Shown: positions 40,459 to 49,722 of the stretch, piece by piece
Layout of the letters: every line of letters begins with the position of its first letter
Numbering within the stretch: position 1 is the first letter of the stretch
Sequence record: NC_048668.1
Direction: 5' to 3' (one strand)
Length of the DNA stretch: 64,000 bases
Notes under the pieces: model-generated
Databases searched by the model: none
Seen by the model: only the letters and a program-made list of their open reading frames with translations
Told to the model about the DNA's origin: nothing
Position numbers and translations under genes: made by a program

Positions 40459-41154
40459 ATGGCCATTGAAGCAGGTATTTACGATGACCCTAAATTACCT
40501 TGTGTAATCCAGGCTATCAACCCAACAGCACCCTGGACAAAGACACCGCGCGTCGTGGACTTTGTCGGAGAAACAAAACCCTGGAAATCGATCCCAATCA
40601 TTTCTTGGGTAATTCAGTATCGTGAAGTTGACTTTCGTAAGAAGTTGGCTGACTACTTAGTTGCACAGAACAAATTCGGTGATCCAGTACTTGTTCGTAA
40701 AGCTATTATGGACTTACCGGATAACTCGGTGAACTCTACTCTGGGCAATATCTTCTACGGCGTTACAACGCTCGCTGCGGGCATGTTACGTCCGAGGCTG
40801 GATAACCAGATGACTACGAGCGCACCTGCCACGTACCAGCTCTGGTTGGCTTATTACATGGCAGAGATGTTTGCAGCAGAACTGGAGGGTAAGGACGATA
40901 ACGAATCCCGTTACCGTCGAAAAGAGATGCTCTCTACTCGTGAAGTCGTAGGTTACACGATGCGACAAGCACTGACCCGTAACCCTAACATTAACTGGGG
41001 TAATAAAGTTATCTTAGACGCTACTGATGCTATCGAGGTTCGCGATACACTCTATTGCAACCGCGCAGCACTGGACGTCTATTTGAGCAGAGGCGGTACG
41101 TTGAATACCTTAGGTGCAGATTGGCTGACTAAAGGGACTAACCCTACCGTATAA
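40459..41154 (+). CDS. Putative virion protein (phiKZ gp174-like by position)
   Basis: 231 aa, AAGGA SD, adjacent to the protease. Confidence 0.6.
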   Translation: MAIEAGIYDDPKLPCVIQAINPTAPWTKTPRVVDFVGETKPWKSIPIISWVIQYREVDFRKKLADYLVAQNKFGDPVLVRKAIMDLPDNSVNSTLGNIFYGVTTLAAGMLRPRLDNQMTTSAPATYQLWLAYYMAEMFAAELEGKDDNESRYRRKEMLSTREVVGYTMRQALTRNPNINWGNKVILDATDAIEVRDTLYCNRAALDVYLSRGGTLNTLGADWLTKGTNPTV

Positions 41155-41190
41155 AGAGGAGGGACTTCGGTCCCTCTTTTATTTTTTACA
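41155..41190 (+). terminator. Rho-independent terminator
   Basis: AGAGG-AGGGAC-TTCG-GTCCCT-CTTTTATTTTTT. Confidence 0.8.
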
Positions 41191-41235
41191 GTTACTCCAC
41201 TGGTATGTGGAACTACCAAAAAGGTTGGACTAAAG

Positions 41236-42021
41236 ATGATTGAGAACAAAATGGTTCAGACACTTAACGACCCTCGTTCTGGTCTGAATAACTCTCAAAA
41301 GAAACTGGCTGTTGCTAACTCGGTTAAAAGTGTAGCTGAGCAAGTTCTGGGTGGCGTCTATAACTACGCAGTACTGATCGCAGCATTGACTGATGAGAAA
41401 TTCAACGTCAACCCTAAGATTCGTATCGTTGCCAAAGGTGACGTTAACGATTATCAGGTCGACGAAGACGGAGAGGATTCCGTTATCCTTTCGGTTAACC
41501 CTAAGTTGCTGAACCTGGCTAACTTGGCAGACTTCAAAGTAGCAGTAGGCGCTGCTATGAAGAAAACCCAGGGACTGAACCCTACCGAAGCTCTGCGTAC
41601 TACCGGCACCCTGATTACTACTTACAGTAACTCACTGGTTATGGATTACAACGAAGCTAAGGAAGATGTACGTGACCAGATGTTCGCTTCTCTGGCTACT
41701 AACGTCTTCAACTATCTGCGTAACTACACGCCGGATGTTATCTCTAACATTGCCGACGCCACGGTATTTAAAGATACCTGGGTAACTGCAGGTAAGAAAT
41801 ACCAACACGAAGAGAACGATGTAAACGGACTGGTTAATCGCTGCACGTTTGCTCTGTTCGAAATCATCTACGGTATCCTGGCAGCAGATGCACGCATCTT
41901 CTACGGCCACTATAAAACCGTAGCGGCAGCCACAGACCGTACTCAAAACGGCGGGATTGATATTCGTACTGGGACTGACGAATTCATCACGACTTACCTG
42001 ATGCTCTGCCTGCGCGACTAA
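41236..42021 (+). CDS. Hypothetical protein
   Basis: 261-aa ORF with GGA SD. Confidence 0.8.
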   Translation: MIENKMVQTLNDPRSGLNNSQKKLAVANSVKSVAEQVLGGVYNYAVLIAALTDEKFNVNPKIRIVAKGDVNDYQVDEDGEDSVILSVNPKLLNLANLADFKVAVGAAMKKTQGLNPTEALRTTGTLITTYSNSLVMDYNEAKEDVRDQMFASLATNVFNYLRNYTPDVISNIADATVFKDTWVTAGKKYQHEENDVNGLVNRCTFALFEIIYGILAADARIFYGHYKTVAAATDRTQNGGIDIRTGTDEFITTYLMLCLRD

Positions 42022-42032
42022 ATCAAAATAAT

Positions 42033-42066
42033 TTCAAGTATATATCACTACTTTGCAAGCGGATAA
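42033..42066 (+). promoter_or_regulatory. Putative early promoter, TATATCAC core
   Basis: 30/34 identical to 3113-3146. Confidence 0.7.
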
Positions 42067-42128
42067 TAGAGTGCACTTTCTTATCCGCTATTTTACCTTT
42101 CGATAAAAATCCATATGGAGTTAAAACA

Positions 42129-42584
42129 ATGTCTGACGTTAAAGCAAAAGAAGTAACCCTGGAAATCTCTGCCGACATCCGTACTCTGGCTGACAAGCTG
42201 AAAGAGAACATGACTATCAGCGAACACGGCGTAATGACCGTCGCAGAAAATTCCTTCCTGGACAACGCACCGAAAGAAGTGAAAGAACACTTCGCATCTG
42301 TCCAAAACTACGAAAGCGCTTTCGCAACTTCTCTGATGCTGGCCGGCGGCGAAAACGCCATCGACTTCCTGAAGTCCAACAAAGAAGTGAAACGCGTTGC
42401 CGGCGTAGTCGCCACTGGTAATACTCAGATGGCGTTCAACTACACCGCACCAACCGGCCGTAAGCAAGACGGCACCATGAAAGATCCTTCCATCAGCACC
42501 GTGTATCGTCGCAAAGAGCACGAAGATCACACGGCGGTTCGCCAGGCGCTGACTGAGAAGACCCGCACGACTCTGTTCGATTAA
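42129..42584 (+). CDS. Hypothetical early, highly expressed protein
   Basis: 151 aa, GGAG SD, strong codon bias. Confidence 0.85.
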   Translation: MSDVKAKEVTLEISADIRTLADKLKENMTISEHGVMTVAENSFLDNAPKEVKEHFASVQNYESAFATSLMLAGGENAIDFLKSNKEVKRVAGVVATGNTQMAFNYTAPTGRKQDGTMKDPSISTVYRRKEHEDHTAVRQALTEKTRTTLFD

Positions 42585-42672
42585 TCGAAACAGATCGGCG
42601 TTGAAACAAACGGGAGGGGATTACCTCTCCCGATAATTCTCCAGAAACAAAAAAAGACTGAGGTCTATTGTC

Positions 42673-43245
42673 ATGACGACTACCAATACCATCATCGATA
42701 AAGCAGTAGAAGAAGCAAAGAACCTGGGTAAGGAAGTTCGCCAATCTCTGCTGGGTAACGTTAACGGTAACGACTTCGTTGCTATCGACCAAACGTATCC
42801 AACGATGATCGAAACTGATGCCACTCCGGCAACGCGCCGCGTAAACCGCGAAAAGCATCAGGAGTACCTGGATCGCGTAAGTAAGATGATCCTGACTCAC
42901 TCCCTGTTCCTCGGCCTGGGCATCGAGCCTCCTACCGGTCACGCGCTGAAGAAAGAGCTGGCAGCTGAGCTGGCTACCGAATGCAACGCAACCTTCACCA
43001 AACAAGCCAGCGCCGAACACGGCGAGATCTATTCGACTACAGTCGAACTGGAAGATGCGCAATACCGCTTCCTGGAAACCGATCTGTGGCTGGCATACCT
43101 GCGCGCGATCCACTTCGCCGTAACCCGTAACGATCCGGATCTGACCGAAATCATCAACCGCAAGCTGGCGGCTGAAAACGGCCTGAACGATGCCGAATGG
43201 CTGGATGCTGCTTATAAAGCAGACGAAGCTAAAAAGGCAAGTTAA
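42673..43245 (+). CDS. Hypothetical protein
   Basis: 190 aa, GAGG SD, strong codon bias. Confidence 0.85.
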   Translation: MTTTNTIIDKAVEEAKNLGKEVRQSLLGNVNGNDFVAIDQTYPTMIETDATPATRRVNREKHQEYLDRVSKMILTHSLFLGLGIEPPTGHALKKELAAELATECNATFTKQASAEHGEIYSTTVELEDAQYRFLETDLWLAYLRAIHFAVTRNDPDLTEIINRKLAAENGLNDAEWLDAAYKADEAKKAS

Positions 43246-43293
43246 TCCAATAGACGGAGGGGAGCAAAAGCTCCTCTCCCCTATAACCGAATT

Positions 43294-43410
43294 TTACTGA
43301 GTAAGCAGACTTAGTCAGTAATGTTTGGAGAAAAGTCGAAAGACCTTTAGGGTACCTTCGGGTATCAGAGAGGGGCCCAAGGAATCGGGCCCTTCTCTAT
43401 TTTTTGTTGC
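43294..43410 (+). ncRNA. Candidate small structured RNA (three hairpins plus a terminator)
   Basis: TTACTGA-GTAAG-caga-CTTAG-TCAGTAA; GTC-GAAA-GAC; GTACC-TTCG-GGTAT; AGAGAGGGGCCC...GGGCCCTTCTCT with a T tract. Lies after another terminator. Confidence 0.45.
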
Positions 43411-43468
43411 TTTTATTTTTTTGTCTTTTTTTACAATGGTCTGAGATGTCTATAGGAGGAATTTTTGG

Positions 43469-43894
43469 ATGACTCAGATATTAGAAGTTTTTACAGGAAG
43501 AATTCAGGATTGGAGAGAATGGCATAACAGCGACGTCCTCTTCTATGACATTACTCTGAAATCTGGCGACAGAGTATTTGCACCATCGGCCGAACTGCTC
43601 TATCCGTATAAGCAAGGCTTAATTAACTCCAGGGAATATGGTGAGATTTACTATCGACTATTACGACAACGCTACAGGAAAGACCCTGAGCCTTTCGAGT
43701 GGTTGATTAGACAACGACGGATTGTATTAACCTGCTACTGCGGACACGGTAAGTTCTGCCATCGCCACTTGCTGAAAAGACCCCTTCGTAAACTATGTGA
43801 AAAAGAAGGGATACTCTTTATTGATCGCGGAGAACCACAATGGCAGTCACCACTCGTCGACCCGGAGAGCCGGGAACGGAGAAGCGGAAGGTAA
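43469..43894 (+). CDS. DUF488/YeaO-like protein
   Basis: FAPS..L..Y...Y...L..R and LTCYC....FCHRHLL motifs. Confidence 0.75.
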   Translation: MTQILEVFTGRIQDWREWHNSDVLFYDITLKSGDRVFAPSAELLYPYKQGLINSREYGEIYYRLLRQRYRKDPEPFEWLIRQRRIVLTCYCGHGKFCHRHLLKRPLRKLCEKEGILFIDRGEPQWQSPLVDPESRERRSGR

Positions 43895-44406
43895 ATGAAG
43901 AACGTGAACGTTTGAAGGATACGATTAAAGTTAATCCTGTCCTGTTCATGGAACATTTGCGTATGTCGGAAACACTCAAACCCTTGTGCGAGTTATACGA
44001 CACCAACGTAAGTCAGCTGACCCATGTGGTACATGAGTTATTCATGCATACACCTCGGCAGATGATGGAACCTACCCGAAGACTCTGTCTGACCAATCGA
44101 CGTATTACTGAAGGTGAGTACCGCGAGATCCCCAACTTGAAAACGGACAGTGAGTTTGGGCGTGCAGTAGAAGATCTGTTCCCTGGCTTTAAATATCTGG
44201 CAGGGAAAGCGGCAAAAAATAAAGATGAGATCTACGACGTATACGGTTATCGTAGCGATAACGTATTGTTCGTTGCACTGGAGCGCCCTGACTCTTCTTT
44301 ATTGGGTACTTGTTATATATCGGCTTACGGGAAAGTCAAAGCTAAACAGACCCGTCCTTTAAGCTTCCCTAAGAAAGCATTCGAAGACTTGTTTGGCATC
44401 TGTTAA
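43840..44406 (+). CDS. Hypothetical protein
   Basis: 188 aa, GCGGAG SD. Confidence 0.75.
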   Translation: MAVTTRRPGEPGTEKRKVNEERERLKDTIKVNPVLFMEHLRMSETLKPLCELYDTNVSQLTHVVHELFMHTPRQMMEPTRRLCLTNRRITEGEYREIPNLKTDSEFGRAVEDLFPGFKYLAGKAAKNKDEIYDVYGYRSDNVLFVALERPDSSLLGTCYISAYGKVKAKQTRPLSFPKKAFEDLFGIC

Positions 44407-44450
44407 TTCTATGAGCTGAACTAAAAGTTTTATTTCAATGGAGTTTACCC

Positions 44451-45017
44451 ATGTACGTTGAGTTATTCGGACGTCCTAAATTTGAGATCCTTGCTGACCT
44501 CATCACTGTACAGAACAACGTGACCCCAGCACTGAACGCCAGCTACCTGACGTTTGGCGACGTTAAAGGCGCAACTGTTCCTGGTACTGAAGAACGCGTG
44601 AGCGTTCCTGTAACCGGTCGTAGCCCTTATAGCGGTCAACGTGTGTTCACGTATACCCGTATCGATCTGAACAAACTGCTGGGCGCCCAGGGCCCTTCCC
44701 TGATCCTGCCAGAGACAGCCAACACCGTAACGGATCTGCTGCCGCTGATTCAGACCAAATACAAAATCTACATCGATGAAGTTGACGTAGCTAACGCAAC
44801 TGAACTTCTGCCGTTCATCCCGGAAGGCGAAACTGCGGTCGTCACTGTACAGACTAAAGCAGGTACGGATTACAACTCCCACGTCTGGAGCGGTAACCTG
44901 GACATCACCATCACCGGCGGCATGAAAATGCCACGCGGCGCAATCCTTACCGAATCTGGTAAAGCGATTACGACCGAGAACGATAAGTTCATCGTCACTG
45001 AACAAGGCGGTAATTAA
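44451..45017 (+). CDS. Putative tail-fibre adaptor/virion structural protein
   Basis: YSGQRVFTYTRIDL motif seen in jumbo-phage virion proteins, C-terminal ILTESG/ITTEN/IVTE repeats, and TATG at 44410 upstream. Confidence 0.6.
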   Translation: MYVELFGRPKFEILADLITVQNNVTPALNASYLTFGDVKGATVPGTEERVSVPVTGRSPYSGQRVFTYTRIDLNKLLGAQGPSLILPETANTVTDLLPLIQTKYKIYIDEVDVANATELLPFIPEGETAVVTVQTKAGTDYNSHVWSGNLDITITGGMKMPRGAILTESGKAITTENDKFIVTEQGGN

Positions 45018-45122
45018 TCGCATAGTTGCTCTCCCGGACCTTCATGGTCTGGGGGAGTCTATGTTCATATGTAATTCTTTCTTTTTTGACACGAAACCCC
45101 AGTCTCGACGCTAGAGGTATTA

Positions 45123-47339
45123 ATGGCTAACTCAAGCTTAGGCAATCGTATTTCGGAACTCCCACGTTCTACGAGATCGATCAACGATGCCGACTTAACC
45201 CCGATTTCTCAAATCAAAACCAACAATCCGGAAACCGTAGCGGCAACCGTCGGTGACATTCGTGCCACCTTGGATTTTGATAATGCTTATAATTCCATCC
45301 CAGAAGGCCTGGCAGGGACTTTCCCTGAAGAGCGCTTCTATGTTTACACCGATAACTCAAAACGCTTTGTAAACGGCTACATCAACAAAAACGGCGTATC
45401 TGAAGTTATCCTCGACAAATCAGGTCAACCTCGTCGCTGGGCTACCCCGCTCTATATGCTCGCTATCGGTGAGCAATCTATCACAGTAGCTTCTGTTGAC
45501 CAGATGCGTATCATGGCTCCGCAAGTTGACGGCCAAGTCGTACGTATGCGTAACTTCCGCCAGGGTAACGTTCAGTACAAAAACGGTGGCGATTGGGTTT
45601 ACGACGCTAACGACAAAACCACCAAAGACGACGGCGTGATGTGTGTTGTTACCAACACCGGCGAACGTTTCAAGCGTGACATCTCTAGCGGCTCTATCGA
45701 AACCGATTGGTTCTTCGACCCGGTAATGGATATCGCAGACTATAGTCTGACGCTGAACAAAGCCGCTGAGTGGGTGGAAGTAAAAGGTACTGAGTGGTGG
45801 CAGACCTGGTTACCAAGCACCCCAGCTTACATTACCATGGTAGGTCCTGGCGGTGTTCGTACCTGTAAGAAACCAGTATGGCTCCGTATGTGGGCCGTGA
45901 GCTGGGACTTCCGTGGTACTTTGCTGGACTTCACTGGAGGTGCTGTCGGTCAGACCAACGTCTCCGTAGTCTACGGTCACCGTAACTCTACACTGAGCAA
46001 CCTGCGCATGTTATCCAGCGTAGCGTTGAAGCAGAAGGGTATCAACGTCTCAACGACTTCCGGTAACATTCACGGTCTGTCCGCAGCGTTCCTGAACTTC
46101 AACAACATCTCAATCAACCGTCACGACATTGCTTGGGATCTGGGCGATAACTGCTACCTGAACAACTGGTTCCAGTGCACCACTCAAGGCTGCCGTCTGC
46201 CAATCAACGCACCTAAGTCTGCAAACGCCGGGGAAACTCTGGTATGGACTAAGTGTATCTTCGGTGACGGCATTGGCCCTTACCTGAACACAGGTATGTC
46301 GATGACCTTCCACGGTTGCTCGTTCGACTACTCCGGTTACAAAACCGAAGCTGACCAATTGGCTAATGCTGAGAAAGAAGGATTATTCAATATCGATAAC
46401 TGTACGGTTCTGATGTATGGTTGCGGTAACGAATATGGTAACTTGAACAGCCGGTGGTCAGGTCCAGTATGGAGAGGTACGGGTATTATCAAGCTCTACG
46501 AATGTCAGTGGATCTTGACTACTTCAAGTACAGTCGAACCTAACGAAACGACACCGCACTTGGTACACAACTACTACTTCGAAGATACTTCTGCCGACCT
46601 GTCGTCCAAGGTCTATCTGGAAGGGTTCTACGTCCCTAACCCTGACTTGAACCGATTCTCCGGTAGTTGGACTAATGGCTGCTTCATCAAAGTCACTGAG
46701 TCTTATCCAGGTCGTTATAAGGACATGTGGCGTAACTACACGCTAGGTAAGGGAGCTAACATGTTAATCTCCCCTAACCCTAACAACGTTGGTTACTTGA
46801 CCATCAACCGTCCTCGTTGCTCTGGCGGTACTGTGGTTTCTCCTACTGAGACTTCTCTGTTCAAAGTGACTACTAACGGCAACAAGTTAGTGATCACTAG
46901 TTCAGATACTACCAAGGCACCCAAGACCTTCAGTTTCTACACTAAGGGTAAAGCGGGTAACTGGTACGGTTCTCAGTTGACCGTTAACGGTAACCGTGAC
47001 ATGACCGATGTACGTATTGCAACTAACTGCTTCGGTGTAGTGGGTTACGTAGCTCAGGACAACAGCATCACCTCGTTGGGCGAGCAACGTCAAACTTGGA
47101 ACGCCGGTCTTCAGGGTATTAAGACCACGCCTCAGACTACTCCAGGTATGCGCATGACGCAGTTGGGTACGAGTGAATACCTGCCACTTTGTCCTCCGGG
47201 TACCGAGTGGGTTCGTGTCTCTATCGAGATGACTAACTTTGGCATTGCAGCCGGTGAAGCTCCAGCGGTATTGGAAATCACCGACTTCTACGCTTGTGAA
47301 GTTGGCGTCTGTCGTGACACCAACCACCGCGTTTGGTAA
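45123..47339 (+). CDS. Tailspike/putative capsule depolymerase 1
   Basis: RISELP anchor, GG.W..D....DDG tailspike N-module, beta-helix-like Asn/Gly/Cys ladder. Confidence 0.85.
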   Translation: MANSSLGNRISELPRSTRSINDADLTPISQIKTNNPETVAATVGDIRATLDFDNAYNSIPEGLAGTFPEERFYVYTDNSKRFVNGYINKNGVSEVILDKSGQPRRWATPLYMLAIGEQSITVASVDQMRIMAPQVDGQVVRMRNFRQGNVQYKNGGDWVYDANDKTTKDDGVMCVVTNTGERFKRDISSGSIETDWFFDPVMDIADYSLTLNKAAEWVEVKGTEWWQTWLPSTPAYITMVGPGGVRTCKKPVWLRMWAVSWDFRGTLLDFTGGAVGQTNVSVVYGHRNSTLSNLRMLSSVALKQKGINVSTTSGNIHGLSAAFLNFNNISINRHDIAWDLGDNCYLNNWFQCTTQGCRLPINAPKSANAGETLVWTKCIFGDGIGPYLNTGMSMTFHGCSFDYSGYKTEADQLANAEKEGLFNIDNCTVLMYGCGNEYGNLNSRWSGPVWRGTGIIKLYECQWILTTSSTVEPNETTPHLVHNYYFEDTSADLSSKVYLEGFYVPNPDLNRFSGSWTNGCFIKVTESYPGRYKDMWRNYTLGKGANMLISPNPNNVGYLTINRPRCSGGTVVSPTETSLFKVTTNGNKLVITSSDTTKAPKTFSFYTKGKAGNWYGSQLTVNGNRDMTDVRIATNCFGVVGYVAQDNSITSLGEQRQTWNAGLQGIKTTPQTTPGMRMTQLGTSEYLPLCPPGTEWVRVSIEMTNFGIAAGEAPAVLEITDFYACEVGVCRDTNHRVW

Positions 47340-47341
47340 AA

Positions 47342-47372
47342 CAGAGGAGAGGGCTTCGGCCCTCTCCTTATA
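47342..47372 (+). terminator. Terminator
   Basis: GGAGAGGGC-TTCG-GCCCTCTCC-TT. Confidence 0.8.
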
Positions 47373-47415
47373 TCGTTTCCTATGAAATCTAAACAGACTT
47401 TGTAAGGTAAATAAA

Positions 47416-49681
47416 ATGGTTGATCAGGTTAAAATATCTGAGCTCGGTAAGGCTACTGTTGTACGGGAAAGTGATGTTATTCCTTTAAACAACACCACGA
47501 CCAGAGGTCTTCCTATTACTAAAGGAGCCAGTGTTGACAACTTAAGAAGTTGTTTCAATTTTGAACACGCCTTCTCAAGTGTAGACGAAGGTATTTCCAA
47601 TACCAATTCTGATGAAGTATTCTACGTTTTTACTGACTCCAATAAAGTGATGGTCGGTAAATATATTAATAGTAATGGCCATGCCTCTATAGTAGTCGGC
47701 GAAGACGGTAAACAGGTAACTTACCCAACTGTTAAAGCTAGCGCTAGTATGTCTAGTATTTTTGAAGCTGACGGGTATAAGGATTTAGGTAAGGTTCAGT
47801 ACATTGCCGATTTAGTAAATATTGAGCCAAGTAACGATAAACAAAGTATCATTGTAGAACGTTCAGTAGAAGGCGGCCCTGCTCTCAATTTAATCTACAC
47901 TTACGATAGTAGATTCCAACAAGGGAATATAGACGGAGTTCTGCGAGTAACCTCCGCCAAAGGTAAAGTTTGGGTTTTAGATATCTCAAACGGTTTGAAT
48001 GTCTTTGCGTTCGGATTTGTACCAGAGGCGAACAACTTGGCGCAAACGATCAATAAAGGCGTTAAATCCCTCGTAGACATGGCTATAACTAATAAAGCGA
48101 CTTACGGCACATGCTCTCATTTACTGGTACCTGGCGTCAATCCTGCAACCGGCTTAGCCAAGTACGTAATGACCGAGACAATTAAACTCCCTAGCTTCAT
48201 TGGCTTGAGGTTTACTTGTTCGACTCTCCTCGATTATTCAGGTAATGACATTGACGGGATTACGGTCAATAATACCATGTTCCCTAATGCTACAGATGCC
48301 AACCTTATTAGTTGGTACAATACTCAATCGAATGGCGTCACTGTCATTGAATGTCCAGGTAAGGTCATCGTAAAAGGAGTTGGGTCGGATACCTCTACCG
48401 CACACGGAGTTTGGGTGGGTAATACTGTAAAAGGGTTTATCAACTGCCCGTGACGTATTAGTTTCAGATGTAACTATTATCGGATTCAAATACGGCCTAC
48501 GTCATGATGGGGTGGATAGTTACCTGAACTCTTTCCGTAGGGTAGTCTGTGCCAGGAATTTTAACTCGGTTTACTTTAAAGGTACCGGAACTGGTAACGC
48601 CGGAGAAAAAATTTCATTCTTCGAATGTCTATTCAGCGACACCTCTTCATCCAACATTGTCCTTGATATTTTTGCGTTTGAGTTAACCTTCGATAATTGT
48701 AGTTTTGACTATCAGAAAGGCGATGTATTCTTCTTAGGTAAGAGTACAACTCACGGATGGGTTAAAATTACCAATTCCCATATCGAAGGATTCGATGGTT
48801 ATCTTATCAACCAACCGGATAAGTGGACGGGTACCGGACAGAAGTTCTACTTCGTCAATACCCAGGTTTGGGGCGTATACGCCACAATTCCATATAGTCC
48901 ACCACGTAAACTCTTCGACGCAGAATTGGGAGCATTCTACGTTAGCTTCCAGGATTCCCCGGTAAACTTCCGGAATAAGGGTACTAAGGACTACGGGACA
49001 TTAACTGGATTTGGTAAAACGAATGACAGTAGTTCAGTTACTGGCCAGTTCACTGTGAATAGCTCCAGAACCGATCCATGTTACTTGATAAGCTATAACC
49101 TTGCTGATAACCGTAGGTATCGTTTTACCGGTACAGAAGGCGTAGTATTACCTAACCCGGAACCTAGCACTGGGATTTCCTACATTACCCGCAACGGTGC
49201 AGTAGAAGTCACCTATGGCAAAATTGGGGCAGACGGGCTTCAGAGCGTTGTTATCAACTCTAGTGATGTCGGTGCTGAGGTAGACTTTGTCTTCCCTGAA
49301 AGGGTCCCGGTCGGTCCACGAGATACCTTTAATAGCATGATATCAGTTAAGCAAGGTAGTGCGACTGGTGATGTGAAAGTGTTCGGTATTGCGCGCTGCT
49401 TTACAGACCCAACTATGACAGGTAAGAAGAACGCTGCTGACGATAACGTAGTGATCACCACTAACTATCCAGTACTAGGTACAACCGCCGATCGTAACTT
49501 CCTCCTTTCAGAAGCACTAGGTGAAGTAGGTACTAACGTGACCCGTAACGATTTCGTCGCAACCCCTCCATTAACATCAACGTTATGGAACGCTGTTAAG
49601 AGCGCCAGTATTGGTCTTCGTATTACTGGCTTCACCGGTTCAATCGAGATCAAACTACCAGTGTACTGGAAGGTAAAATAA
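47416..49681 (+). CDS. Tailspike/putative depolymerase 2 (joined across a +1 frameshift at about 48447-48449)
   Basis: VKISEL anchor. Removing one C gives FINCRDVLVSDVTIIGFKYGLRHDGVDSY and joins ORF 48512-49681. GNAGEKISFFECLF beta-helix turn. Confidence 0.85.
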
Positions 49682-49722
49682 TTTTATCAGGGGGCTTCGG
49701 CCCCAATAACGAGGCTGAGAGA

